Shown one piece after another: positions 36,153 through 50,368 of a stretch of 64,000 nucleotides of DNA (the first letter of the stretch is position 1; each line of letters starts with the position of its first letter). A program made the translations under genes and the position numbers. The DNA comes from Octopus sinensis (lineage: Eukaryota). The stretch is taken from the NCBI RefSeq assembly GCF_006345805.1, contig NC_043010.1, positions 9,176,001-9,240,000 on the forward strand, in the 5' to 3' direction. A model generated the notes under the pieces. That model was not told the origin of the DNA and ran no database searches. It saw nothing but the letters and a program-made list of their open reading frames with translations.

Positions 36153-39100
36153 ATGTTGTGATCTGAAAGATTGCACATAACAGGAAACTCTGAGTAGCAA
36201 AGGAGTAAAATGAATAAACTCCACGATATGTATCAAGAATGTTTCTTGTGCATCAAACTTTTGTCTGGTCATGGGCAAATATTACCGAGCTTGTAAACAA
36301 GTGAGATTTGGTAATAAGAAGGGCATCTGGCCATAGAAAATCTGCCTCAGTAAGCACTGTCCTACCCATGCAAACATGGAAAATTGGCTGTTAAAACGAT
36401 GATAACAATGATGATGATGATGAACATAATGAATACCATTGATCTATTTTTTACTCATTATTTAGTCAAGAGAAAGGAAGTACATGCAGCCTTTTGCAGG
36501 GCTTCCAAGTCTGGTTGGAAGAGTGAGCTATAGGTCCTCAAAGCAGAGATCTAGCCTCATTGCTTGCTGCAGGATGAATGTAGCTAAAGGCAACCAAAGC
36601 CTGGGTGGTGATGGTGTTAAACTGGGTGATATTATTAAGTGTACTTCCCAATTAGGCCACTGTGGGATTTGAACTCAGAATGCAAAGACTCATAGCAAAC
36701 GACACAGGTAACACATCTAATACTCTAATGATTCAGCGAGTCAACTACTCTCTACTAGTACTTTGTTTATTGACCTAGGAAGTGTGAAAGTCAAAACTGA
36801 TCTCAGCAGGGTTTGAACTTAAGGACCAGGAGCCAAGTAGGATAAATAACAAGATACTTCTACTAATGGTCTGAAGATTTTGCTACTTTGCTGCCAATTG
36901 GCAAAAGATTTGGTGGTGTAGCAAGAGTGAATGCCACCTGGGGTAGCCATTGAGTTTGCCACCTCATCCCACTGAGCCTCAACATGCCTATAGCAGACTT
37001 ATACAGCAGAGCCAAAAGTGCAACCACCAAAAAAAATATCACCTGGGGTAGTCCTTTCCCTCGTCACCTCACCAAGCTGACTCGGTAGACCATCTGACTA
37101 AATAGCATGTGGTATTTAGTAATATCCATTTTCATTCTAAATTCAAATACCTATGTGGTCGACTTTATTTCCAGAATCAATAAAATACCAGTTAGTTACT
37201 GGGGTTGACAGATCAAAGGAATGACAGAATAGAGCAATAGGAAAATTGTATTGTGGTATTTAGTTTTGGTTCTTCACATTCTGAGTTCAAATGACATTAG
37301 GTTCGACTTTACTTTACATCTTTCTGGGCTTTACATTTTTCTGATGTAATCCACAATATCTTTCACCAAACAAAATGTGGAACCGCATGCAAATGCTGCA
37401 AATCATTGCAATTTTAAACAAAATTGAAACTGAATTATTGTCTTTGCTCATTGAAGAATATCTACTTTGAAACAACAATGTCACCTCCATGTGGGGTCAC
37501 TAAACTTAAAGGCTGAATGTCCTTCACATTAAACCCTATTCTCTGAAACAAACAAAGCTACCTTTGATAATCTAGTCTTAGATGTTTTATTCCTGAAAAA
37601 AAGAAAAGAAAAATAAAAGAAACTTCAGTGAAGGAGTTCTTCACCTCAAAGAACAAGAACTGTTATCAGCATCAGGTCAAAGAACTTGTAGAAAGATGGC
37701 TTTAGATGGTGCAACAGAATGGTCTCTACTTTGAATGCAAAGCTACTTCTGTTGTAACTTGACAAATAAAATATATACGTTATGAAAAATTTGCAAAACA
37801 TAATATAATTGATTTCTATGAGCAAAATTTGCAATAGATTAGCATCCATAGCCACTGGCGGGGGTGCTTCTCAGCTGTTTAATGCTGTAAATGAAGTGGG
37901 ACAAGCCATACATTAGCAACTAAACAGTATATGTCCAAGATAAAGAGAATATAGAGACAAGAAACTATGATTATGATGAGCCCAAACAAACTGAACTCAG
38001 TCTTCTAATACTCACCCATACACCTTCATTTAACCAAGCATTCAACATTCTATAAGTTGGATGATGGAGGGAAAAATGACTGATGACATTAGTAAAATAA
38101 ATATTTAGAAAGTTTAATTAAAAATAAGTAAAAAATTAAATTGATTGCAGCCAATATTTTGTAAATATTTGTGATTCTCACTTTCTTAAGAAAATTCAGT
38201 GGTGAATAAATGAAATACAATTGTAATGTAATACTGTATAATGTATAGTTAGACTGTTTTGTGTACACCACCCAGCTGATGTAATTATAGTATCTAATCA
38301 ATTAAAATCCATTTAAAGCCATTACTAGTTGATATCCTTACAATCAAAAGTTGTTTACATAATAACTGTTTGTAATTGGTCTGTATACAATTTGTTTACA
38401 GAAAATTGTTATTTTTCATAATTGGTGTCTTATAAATTTTAAACATCTATTTGTATATAAAATCGCTTTACTACAGAATTTATTCAAATAATTATAATTA
38501 TTTCCTGCACAAACATAATTACTTCCTTTCTTTCCAGTGTTAGTTTCTAACGGTTTATGCAATTAGTAACTTATACGCTATGAGTCAAATATGAATTTCT
38601 CATTGATGATACAAGCTCCCGAGAGAATTGTCATTTGAGCCTGTCTCCCATAATAATAATAATGATAATAATAATAATAATATGAAAAATGATAAACTTA
38701 AAAGCAACAACAAAATAAAGGGACATTTCATACCAAATTTCACACCAGTTAACAAGAAGAAAACAAAGAAAATGAAACTGTTACAACATTCACAAAAACA
38801 ACAAAAGTGAAAACATTCACAATCCTTCTCTAATAACTGCAATATACTCATATATATTCATATATATATAAATAATATATATATATATATATATATGTAT
38901 GTATATATATATGTATGTATGTAAGTATATATATATGTATATATATACATATATGCATATATATACGATATAAACTATATATGTATATATACATATATAC
39001 TATATATATAATATATACTATATATACATATATACTATATATACAATATATACTATATATATATACACACACATATATATATACATACATATATATACGA

Positions 39101-39396
39101 TATATACAATATATATATATACTCTATATACATATATACTATATATATATGCAAGCATACATATATGCATTCATACATACATATATATATAATAATAATG
39201 AAAAGAAAGTTCTTGGCACAGTAATACACATTTGAAAAATGAGTAGAGGTGGGTTTTTGGGGGATAATTTTTATTTTATTAATAATGTTGACAGTGTGTA
39301 AACATTATTTCAATGTGTAAACATTAGAAACTCACTATAAACATTACTATTAAAATAAAAATAGTCCCCACCAAAAGACATCTATACTCATTTTCC

Positions 39397-39475
<79 letters not shown>

Positions 39476-39482
39476 ATATATA

Positions 39483-39548
<66 letters not shown>

Positions 39549-40303
39549 CATATAGGTATGTATGTGTGTATGTATGCATGTACGTGTATGTATATACAAC
39601 TGAGACATCTTATTTTGTTTGGGGAACTAGTCATACGATCAATATAAGGACAATATTATTGAACAACTTGAACAACACACAAGAAAACACACCAACATAC
39701 GTTCTGCAATAGGAATGGGTAGTTAGTTAGATATAGAATGAAATTACGGTGCTGACTATTTGTGTAAGTCAAGGCATTACCAATTTGTCTAAAGTTCAAA
39801 CATTTATTCTCTTCGTTTAATAATAGATTCACAATTGGCGGTTGTCCAGTCTTGATTTACAAGAAGACAGTTGTCTCTTTTAGTAAATCCCTTCAATACT
39901 CTAATGCCATGTTGTTTGATTAATAGAAGGCTTTTCCCAAATAAATTAATCACTGTTTCAGCCAAAATGCTACTATGCAATGCAATGCTATGCTCTCGAG
40001 GCAATAGAATTCTGATCTTTTATATTGTCCAACCAACTAATTAGGTAGCCTTGTATTTGACTACTTTTAGCTGACACAAAGAAACTCTGCACAATAGATT
40101 TTGGTAGGTTAATAGTAGGTTATACGACTTGAATGGGAAATGTATAATAATAAGTGGTTGTAGTTAACTAAAGAACATAACACTAATTAACAGTCAGGAA
40201 ATTTATATTTCTAAATTGTTGCTTTGTCCACATCAAGATTTTTTGATTTTCCACATAATTAACAAACTCACATAACAAAACCAAAATGATAATAATGATA
40301 ATT

Positions 40304-40336
<33 letters not shown>

Positions 40337-41357
40337 TAATAATAATAATAATAATAATAATGACAATAAATAAAAAATAAAACAAAAAAATAAAATAAAT
40401 CAATCATTGATGATGACAGCGGCTAGAAATGTTTATGATAAGAGCTGATTAATGAGATTTTTGGAACTGAATTTAAGTGATTTGTGATAATAGCATTAAG
40501 TATCCATGATATTTTATGCTATTGTTAAGCAAGTTCATCTAATATGAAAGAAATTAATTCACCTACAAATATCATTTATAATGAATACTTTTTCTAGCAT
40601 CTCATTTTTTTTCCCTCATTACATACCTGGAAGTTCTTCATAGTATCCTGTGTCTCCCTCACTCCAGCCATGTCTACCATCAGCACAAGATACCATAGAC
40701 ATTTCACTAGAGCGGTAAGGGGAATTAACTGCAGTTTTCCTATCTTTCAGACTGCCTGATATCCCAGCTGTCTTTTTAACACTCATCTGTCCATTACAAA
40801 AAAGAATTTAAAAAAAAGTGAAACGTGAGATGCCAAATGCATAATATTTTCTTCTTGCAGTTAAATATTTTAGTTGTGCTATTTACAAAACAACTGATTT
40901 TTAATTATTATTTTATTACTAAAATCACTATTACCGCTAAAACTTACTATCACTGTTCCCGCTCTTCAAGCAACTAAAATAATACTTAAAATCAGGTTCA
41001 TGCAATGATATCTAAATTAGATCTTTTGAATTCATATTTTGTAGAATTTCTACTTTAAGCTGTGTTGACATTTTCACTTCTAGTCTTTGCAGAGGCTTAT
41101 GTATTTTATAGCTAATAGTTTATACTTTGAATAATCAGAAGTAACTACCTGATGTAAATTTTAATTTGTATGTTCTTTGTGTCTGCATCCATGCTTACTT
41201 CAAAATATAAACATGTAGTTTTGCTTAATATTAAATTAAGCAACAAAATACTTAATGAGTAATTGAAGAATGAATTTAATCTACCAACAATGTGCAAATT
41301 GTAATGATAGAATACTAATATTATTGGAAGACAATATCTATCTATCTATCTATCTAT

Positions 41358-41428
<71 letters not shown>

Positions 41429-41429
41429 C

Positions 41430-41501
<72 letters not shown>

Positions 41502-41502
41502 G

Positions 41503-41552
<50 letters not shown>

Positions 41553-41553
<1 letters not shown>

Positions 41554-41901
41554 CCGGTTCGGAGTGATATCGAGATTAAACAGCCGAAATTGCTAAGATG
41601 ATCCGGTTCCGACTGAAGATTAGAGGCTTCGAGTGACCCGTCTGTTTTTTTGTGTTGTCTCTTTGTGTGTTTTTGCGTTCTTGTCCCACTTTGTAATTTA
41701 TATTTTATATTCTATATTTGATTTCTATATATATATATCTTTTTTTTCTCTCTCTCTCTTACGATCCCTTTTGATCGAAAACCTGCTCCCTTTTTATTTT
41801 TTATCTTTATTTTTATTTTCCTTTTTTCCCCCCAAAAAATAAAAGTTCTACTTTGTAATTTGTCCCCTCTGTGTTCATCCCTGTGTGGCTAATAAAGAAA
41901 C
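41553..41901 (+). mobile_element. Probable LINE 3' end/UTR whose terminus resembles the SINE-B type-1 tail
   Basis: Ends TTGTCCCCTCTGTGTTCATCCCTGTGTGGCTAATAAAGAAAC, followed by (TATC)n. Confidence 0.5.
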
Positions 41902-41940
41902 ATATCTATCTATTCATCTATCTATCTATCTGTCCATCTT

Positions 41941-41985
<45 letters not shown>

Positions 41986-42104
41986 GTACTTGGGTTTATA
42001 CTGTTGATACACACATATGCACTCCACAGCAGAAGTGTTAAGGCTGCTCTCCCTGATGAAGAAGATTAGTCTGCAAGAGATCTGTACCAGTAGTATAGAA
42101 AAAG

Positions 42105-42325
42105 CACTCGTGCCAGTGCCACATGAGAGCACTCATATGGTGCCACGTTAAACCACCCAGCATATTTTATAAATTGATTGGTGTGAGGAAGAGTGTCCAT
42201 CCAAAGAAACCATGCCAAACCAGACTGGGACCTGGTACAGCTCTCCAGTTTGCCAGCTCTGGTCAAGCCGTCCAATTCATGCCAGCATGGAAAACGGACA
42301 TTAAATGATAATGATGATGATGACG
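42105..42325 (+). mobile_element. Retroposon family C, diverged
   Basis: GCCGTCCAATTCATGCCAGCATGGAAAACGGACATTAAATGATAATGATG tail. Confidence 0.75.
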
Positions 42326-42632
42326 ATATATACTGAGATGTTCCAAACATAAACTTACTCTGAGCTTGCACCTGTAGTAGGCTGGGGGCAACAGATGGTC
42401 CAAGGGTGCTTCCCTGGTGTGTTCTTGGTGATTGGGTTCATCCAAGACTGGTGAGATTCCTTCGTTGGTATCCCCTCCTATTTGGGACTTCTGTTGTTAC
42501 CATTTTTTTATTAACTTCTTTTGTTTTTATTGTTTACACTTGATATGTGAATCCCTTTTGTCCTTTGTATTTGTATTGTTCTAAATGCATTTTTAGCACT
42601 TATAAACCGATAAAGCAACTATTATTATTATT

Positions 42633-42880
42633 ACTGAGTGAAAGAGTAGTGCATGCCATCAAAGTGACACTGGGGTACAATTATACAAAGCCCTATATAC
42701 CCATCATGATTATCCGTCTGATGTGCCTGTACACCAGGGACATGCATCACAACCGTATGTGCATGACATGGTGATCTCATATCAAGATAAACAGCACATG
42801 ACCTAGCAAGTGGGGACCAGTTAGAATTTTCTTCAGGTTGTGTAGCCTATCCCACTCAAAAGGTCCCTGAAGAAGGTTTG

Positions 42881-42885
<5 letters not shown>
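42633..42885 (+). mobile_element. Unclassified repeat family H, partial
   Basis: Reverse complement of 43790-44030; bounded by (ATT)n. Confidence 0.75.
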
Positions 42886-42912
<27 letters not shown>

Positions 42913-43330
42913 AAGATGGTGATCTGACAGAATTGGTAGCACACAGGATGAAATGCTTAGCAGTATTTCCCCTGGTGCTTCATTCTGAGTTCAAATTCTG
43001 CCGAGGTTGACTTTGCCTTTCATCCTTTCAGGGTCGATGAATTAAGTACCAGTGAAACACTGGGGTCAAAGAAATCTACTCATCCCCTCCCCAAAAATGA
43101 CTGCCCTTGTGGCAAAATTTGAAACCATTATCATTATTATTATTATGATGATGGAATGGTAGAATCATTGGTCCATTGGACAAAATACCTGTGGTATTTG
43201 CTGCAGATCTTTGCATTCTCAGTTCAAATCTCACCTTATATCCCTTTGGCATCCATAAACTAGAGTACCATTCAAGGACTGGGGTTGATTTAATTGATTC
43301 ATTCTCAACCTATAAATTTCTTGTGTCAGA
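42913..43330 (+). mobile_element. Two tandem SINE-B type-2 copies
   Basis: CTGAGTTCAAATTCTGCCGAGG core with an ATT-rich tail, then a second diverged unit. Confidence 0.7.
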
Positions 43331-43443
43331 AGGTTCTTGAAGCATGATCAATTAACAAGTGCCACCTTAGTCTGTAGGCTGTGGAAACCTGACCCACCAA
43401 AATAAGCTGAGAGTTTTCATGAAATAATAATAATAATAATAAT

Positions 43444-43481
<38 letters not shown>

Positions 43482-43482
<1 letters not shown>

Positions 43483-44030
43483 TGATGCAGTACCAGACAG
43501 TGGCTCTCATGGCTTCTGATCTTAACTAATTGGAAGTGTTATCATGTACATTGTTTTGTCTTGGTATAAAAGATGGGCTACAGCAAATATTGTGCTCAAC
43601 ACCACAGATTTGCTTGTCAGTTGTTTGACCTTAACCAGTTGAGCATGTCCCTTAGTGGCTGATGATATGTGCATCTCTGATCACGAGCAGAAGTAGTGGG
43701 AGAGCATCATAGCCGTGTGTTGAAAGGAATTATTAGAGGTTCGGATAATTCAACCTTGGAAACATGGGTGGTTCGTTCAACATCCTTAAACAATCCTTAT
43801 TCAGGGACTTTTTGAGTGGGATGGGTTACTCGACCAGAAGAAAATTCTAACCAGGCCCCACCTGCAAGGTCATGTGCTGTTTATCTTGATATGAGATCAC
43901 CATGTCGCACACATATGGTTGTGATGCATGTGCCTAGTGTACCCTTATCAGATGGGTAGTCATGATGGGTATACTGGGCTTCGTATATTTTACCCCAGTG
44001 TCACTTTGATGGCATGCACTGCTCTCTCAC
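43482..44030 (-). mobile_element. Unclassified repeat family H, about 550 bp, between (AAT)n tracts
   Basis: Matches 42633-42885 (inverted) and 44090-44200 (direct, partial). Confidence 0.75.
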
Positions 44031-44032
44031 AT

Positions 44033-44078
<46 letters not shown>

Positions 44079-44225
44079 GTAAAAATAATAATCTCATGAC
44101 TTCTGATCTTAACTGATTGGAATGTTACCATGTACATCGATCGATTTGTCTTGGTATAAAAGATGGGCTACAGCAAATACTCTGCTCAATACCACAGCTT
44201 TATCATTATTATTATTATGATAATT

Positions 44226-45560
44226 AAGGTGTTGAGCTGGCAGAATCGTTAGAGTGCTGGATGAAATGCCTAGAGGTATTTTGTCCATCTTTATAGTTTG
44301 AGTTCAAATTCCTCCAAGGCTGACTTTGCCTTTCATCCTTTCGGGGTCGATAAATTAAGTGCCAGTGAAACACTGGGGTTCAATGCAATTAACTTATCCA
44401 CTCCCCCAAAATTTCAGGCCTTGTACTATAGTAGAAAGGATTATTATTATTATTATTATTATTATTATGATTATTATTAAGGCAGTGGGCTGGTAGATTC
44501 GTCATCACACCAGACAAAATACTTCACTGCATTTTGTCCATCTTTATGTTCTGAGTTCAAATTCTGCTGAGGTCAATTTTGCCTTTCATTCTTTTGAGGT
44601 TGATGAAATAAATATCAGTTGAGCACTGGGGTTGATATAATTGACTGTCTCCCTCCCAGTAAATTTCAAGATTTATGCCTATAGTGGAAAGGATCATCAT
44701 CATCATCATCATCATCTTCATAATCATTATTATCATTATCATCATCATATAGAGTGATAAAATGGCAGAATCAATAGAGAATTGGACAGAACTGTTTAGG
44801 GTTGTTTTTTTTTATTCTTCACATTCTGTATTCACATCATACAGGTTTAACTTTACCTTTCATCCCTCCAATACTTATAAAATAAAGTACCTATCCACTA
44901 CTGGGTTTGATGCAAACAATTAAACATGCCTTCAAAATTACTGGGCTAAGTCAGAAATCATAATTATTGTTCTGAGACATTGGTTTGAGAAAATTGTTAG
45001 AATATCAGACCTTGCAGTATTTGCTCCAGATATTTACATTTTGAGAACACTGATAATGATAAAAATCTACTCAAGAATTGCTGATGATGTTATCAATTAA
45101 CCCAATTCCTCAAAACTGCTGGCTTTGGACCTTGATTATAAACAATTATTATTATTTCAATATTTTTTCTGATTCATTAAGTTCTGAGTTCAAATCCTGC
45201 TGAGGTCAACTTTGTCTTTCATCCTTTCAGGGTTGATAATATAAAGTATGGAGCAAGTATTGGAGATGATGGTATTGACTTATCCCTCCCATTAACACTG
45301 TTGGCCTTGTGCCTAAATTAAAAACTACATTTTTATTAGTCACATTTATTTGCAGCCTGGTAGAATCATTAAAACATTAGAAAAAAATACTTTGCAGTGT
45401 TTTTCTCTGCTCTTTACATTCTGAGTTCAATTTCCACTGAGATCAATATTGTCTTTCATCTCCCTGGGTTTCACAATAAAATAGTAGTCCAGTCCTGGGA
45501 TCATTAGTATTGACAGATTCCTCCTATTATAATTATTAGCCTTGTACCTTAAATTAGGGA
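44226..45560 (+). mobile_element. Stack of about 6 same-orientation SINE-B type-2 copies
   Basis: Unit starts at about 44226, 44479, 44755, 44980, 45170 and 45350, separated by ATT/ATC tails. Confidence 0.75.
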
Positions 45561-47956
45561 CACCATGATGTAGATGTTTATATTGACTTGACTCTTTTCT
45601 CTGACAATAAAACATATCATTCTTCATAGATTTTTTTTTGTTTTGTTTATTTTCTTTTCTTTCTAGAATGTAGCCTAAAGGCTTGGAAATTACAGAGTAA
45701 AAAGAAAAAAGATATTTTTTGTTTTATTTTCTTCGAATATTGGAAGTGAAAAGGATTGCTGGTCATCTTAGCCAACCAATATGGTTTTTAAAGAAAGAAA
45801 AGGTTTTTTTATTTATAAATATCTTAAATGGAGAGAATTAAATAAATTTTAATTTTTTAAATTTTTGTTAGTCCAAATTTAATAAATCCTACAGATGACT
45901 TCTGGAATAGAATATTTTAAATTAAATTACAACTGAAATTCTTCATTTTACTCACAAAACTTTGTTAAAGTCTCTAACACTCTCTTCAAATATTTTATTC
46001 TTTATATATTTTCTAGTGGTTATCTTGGTGAGATAGTGTTTGACAATTGGCAGATAACAATATTGCTGCAAAGGCAAGTTTTATATTTGCATACACTTTC
46101 TAATGCTAATCACTTATTCATGAAATTTTAGTGGGCTCTGTCACCAACTAGGTACACTAAAGTAAATAAAAATGCATATTCTGTTAGGCAAACAGCACAA
46201 TATCTATAATTATAAGATTTGAACTAAGAAACCTATTGTAGTTATCTTAACATCAAAAATATTGTGCTTCATAGGCTCATAAAATAGCATAAATTTGAAA
46301 AAATGCTTAAGCTACCATAGTTTCTTTGAATAGATTATGTCATATTTATAAAATTAAGGGACCATTTTGAAGGTTTATACATAGTTTTGACTTCAGAGTA
46401 TTAATTATACATGGAATAAGAATGGTTGTTTACATAGCTGATTGGTTAAGAAGTTCCCTATATAACTATGCAGGTTTGGTTTCAGTCCCACTGCACAGCA
46501 CCTTGAGAGAGTAATTTTTACTATAGCCTTTGGCCCACCTGTCTTATTAAGGAAATTCTCATTTATCTTTCAGTCAAGAAATTCAGTTTTGATGATCCAT
46601 TACAGGGACTCTAAGACTTTTAAATGTATTCTTAAACTGGAGGCTTTGCTCAAATGCTTGTAAGAGAGTTTTGCTGAAGGGGGCCAGGTGGTGATGTTAA
46701 ACTAGGTCATGGATTAAGCCTACCATCCATGTAAGCCAAAGCAGGATTTGAACTCAGAACAGAAAGTGAAAAAATAAATATCACAAGGCATCTGGTCTGA
46801 TATTCTTATTGTTCTGCCAATCTGGATCAGTACATTTTAAAGGACCCCAAAAAGATGAAGGGTACTTGAACTTAGAGCACGGCCAGAATAAATATTGTGA
46901 TTTATTCTACTTGTTCATTTAATGCCCCAGCCAGTCTACCATCTTAATAGATGGAAACTGTGAGGAAGACTGCCAGAAGGAGTGTCCCTGTACTTAACAC
47001 TTGCATCTGGCTATTGAATACTTTTAACAGATTGTACTATGTTGCAAGCATTTGGGTAAGATCTCCAGTCTGGGAATAATTCTTTACTTTGTCCGACCAG
47101 TTTTTGGAAATGTTATGGACTGCTCTTTATCTTCTGATCCCCAATAATATGGGAACTTTTTCCAATGGCTAAGAAATATTAGCCAATTAAGTGATTTTCC
47201 AAAGACAACAAAGTACTAGCGGGTTATTTGAAGCCCTGTCTTTTAAAACAAGTAATCTAACCTCTTACCATTTTATCGGCTCAAACATCCTATCTCTGCC
47301 TATATATCTACTGACTCAAGGTAGGATTAGTAAGTTAAGTTGTCATTTACTTTCCCTTGACTGTTTTCTCAAACCAGTTTATTCAATAGATTATCGCACG
47401 AGAAAGAAAGAAATCTATAGAAATTGGATATTTGCATTTGAAATAATACCTTTTCTATATACATTGAATGAGATTAAATCTATTGATTTTAGATAACATT
47501 TTACAAATTCTACAGGGTAACATGGTAAATTTTGTCATTGATGTTAAATATCAAAGTAAAAATAAAGGGAAAAGCTTTGTCCAAATGTTACTCCGTCTAC
47601 TTGAAGATGAGCACTAGAAGAGAACACATGAATACTTTCAGAAGGAAAAAAAAATCAATGAATTCCATTTCGAAATGTCTAATAATAAATTGTAATATTT
47701 AATTAAAGCTAACTGAGGAATTTGTCATTGAAAGGAATCTGGTTCAATACATTTACATTTGAATTCATCTTTTAGATTCACAACCTAAATGTTTTGGTAG
47801 TGTTTCTATAGTATGAAAGCCAAGGACGATCAGGAAGGTTTTGGACTAGCAAATGTTAACGGTTTATACATCTTCTCACCAATTTTGGGTAGCGTTTTGG
47901 GATGAAGGCACTTGAAACCTTAATTCTGCAAACAGTAAAACCACTGCATACATATA

Positions 47957-47985
<29 letters not shown>

Positions 47986-47987
<2 letters not shown>

Positions 47988-48200
47988 CTATTATATAAAA
48001 TCCTTTTCTGTCTGTCTGTGTGTTTGTCTTCTAGGATCTCAGGCATCCTCCATCCGATTGCGCTCAAATTTCATATGTAGATACTGACGGTATCAGGGCT
48101 TGTATAAGTTTTGAAAAAATTACAAAAATCGATTACAGGTTAGAATGCGATAGATAAAGCCGTGGTAACGTGCATTTGTATGCACAAGTACATCAGCTGT
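47986..48200 (+). mobile_element. Helitron-like 5' portion; 3' end not found
   Basis: A|TCTATTATATAAAA..CTGTCTGTCTGT..CCGATTGCGCTCAAATTT, similar in layout to the 11120 element. Confidence 0.5.
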
Positions 48201-48742
48201 TGCCATCAATACAACATGTACATGAGAAAAATGCACGTGCAGTTTGCACAAAAAAATTCTCATGCTTTTCCATCTAGATTTACCTCCAGCTAACCCATTT
48301 GCAGGCATCGTTTTTGTCCTCCTTTTCTTCTGTCAACCTGTACATAACTGCACCTTCCATTTTTTGTTGTTTTTGTACTGCTTCAAGGCACGTTTCTTTC
48401 TTGCCAAGCTTACTGTTTAAACCATGTTTGTGTTCTCCCAGTCAACAGCCTTATCATTACTGGTACTTTAAACTCTTCGGTTGCATATTTGTGTGAATAA
48501 AATCGTTTTTCTTTGGAATAGAAAAAAAGTCTATTTTTATTTCTTCTTTTGCTGGTGTCTCAAATTTAGGTTAAATCAGTGTTTCTCAAAGGGGAGGCCG
48601 ATGGGACGGTCGGACAAGTTGTTTTGAGAAAATTTGGTTTAAATGTTTGACAACTCAGCACCGTCCATTGGACGGGGGGGGGGGGCGTTTTGTTTGTACC
48701 TATATATATATATACACACACACACACAAAGAGAGAGAAAGT

Positions 48743-48785
<43 letters not shown>

Positions 48786-49448
48786 TGTACGTGTATGTGT
48801 GAATACATATATATGTGTATGAATATAGATGTGTGTTTGTGAGAGAGTTTAAGATCCCTTATGAAACAAGAGATTGTTATAGAACATGACTATATTTTCT
48901 CCTGAAAACTTTGTAGATATTTTATCTGCAGGTTTAGTAGAAGTTAGTCATCTATATCGTTACAGTAATTATTTAACTGTACAAACTGAGACAGATTTAT
49001 ATTTATTGAAGGTGTAGCTGACTAACCCAGAGTTTTCCAAACAGAGAGGCTGGGAAGATTGAAAATGGGTGAACATATCGAAGCTTCATATAATTAAGAT
49101 GGTTTCAAACATTTTAAGCCAACACCATGGCAAAGAAAGAAAAGTTGTTTGGATGCAAATTCCAGTTTTTCTTCATCATCGTTATTTAATGTGCCCATTT
49201 CCATGCTTGCCTGGGTTGGATGGAATTTACTGAGGCAGATTTTCTATGGCTAGATGCCCTTCCTGTTGCTAGCCCTTACCTGTTTTTGTGCATGTTAATA
49301 TGTCCCCGTAGTCAGACATCTTTTTGCAGAATATTAGACTGATTATGTGATGTCAAGAGAAGAAGACAGAAACATATACACGCATGCATATACATATACA
49401 TACATATGCACACACATGTGTAGACAGACACACACACATACACACATA

Positions 49449-50368
49449 TTGGGTCATCCCATAAATGCAGGTTTTACAATTGCATGAACTAAAAATCAGA
49501 GGGGGATGGGATAAACTACCTGCATCAACTTGCTATAAAAGTAGGTAGTAATTTTACCTTGTGCTTATTCTTAGTGCAAGTTTTGAAGAGTGCAGTTCGA
49601 TTTTAACAGTTATTCTTTCAAAGCTATAATGGAAGTGACAAAGGAATATATTCAGCATATTTTGCTTTATGAGTTCAATAAGGGCAACAATGCAATGGAA
49701 AGTATGAGGAATATTAATGCAGTTTATGGGGATCGGATAATAAGCATAATCCAGTATCAGTGGTGGTTCCAAAAATTCAGAGCTGGAAACTACAGCCTAG
49801 AGGATGAGCCTCATCCTGGAAGATCTGTAGAGCTCAATGAGGACATCTTGCAAAGCCTGGTGGAACAAAATGCCAATGTAACTGCTGAGGAACTATCAAA
49901 GAAACTTGGATTTGGTCATACGACCATTCATTGACACCTGCATACCATCAGAAAATAACCATCTTTGATTTCAAGACATATGGTGTTCTTCCATAAGGAT
50001 GATGCTTGGCCACATACAGTGAGGATGACATTCCAAAGGCTGGAGTAGTTTAAATAGGAAACAATACCTCCTGCCACTATATTTGCTGGACATTACCCCA
50101 TCTGATTATAATTTATTCTGCTATCTTCAAAATCATTTGGATGGAAAAAATATGAAATCTGTAGACAAGGTTAGCAGAGTACTGGAGGAGTATTTTTCAT
50201 CATGGACAAGTGAATTTTGAAGTGGAGCCTTGCAAGTCTATCAGATAGATGGAAGAGCATTGTAGAAAATGAAGGAGAGTATATTTTTGATTAAAAAAGA
50301 ACTGTTTATCTTAATTTTGAAAAATAAAAGAAGTATGAAAAAAATGCATTTTTTATGGGATGACCCAA
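49449..50368 (+). mobile_element. Internally deleted mariner (Tc1/mariner) element with a transposase pseudogene
   Basis: TA-TTGGGTCATCCCATAAA TIRs-TA. ATG at 49629 opens an HTH region (WWFQKFRAGNYSLEDEPHPGR). Downstream are FHKDDAWPH (HDNARPH-like), ITPSDYNLF (YSPDLAPSDY-like) and EGEYIFD*. Contains stops and frameshifts. Confidence 0.92.

Noticed and set aside
41615-41650. CTGAAGA as a possible hammerhead core
   Set aside because: No downstream GAAA or UH site in a compatible geometry.
47191-47496. 101-aa ORF and other 60-100 aa ORFs in AT-rich DNA
   Set aside because: The lengths are expected by chance, many use non-ATG starts, and none shows domain motifs.
48577-48680. CAGTGTTTCTCAAA hAT/Charlie-like terminus
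   Set aside because: No matching second TIR or TSD found, so the extent cannot be defined.
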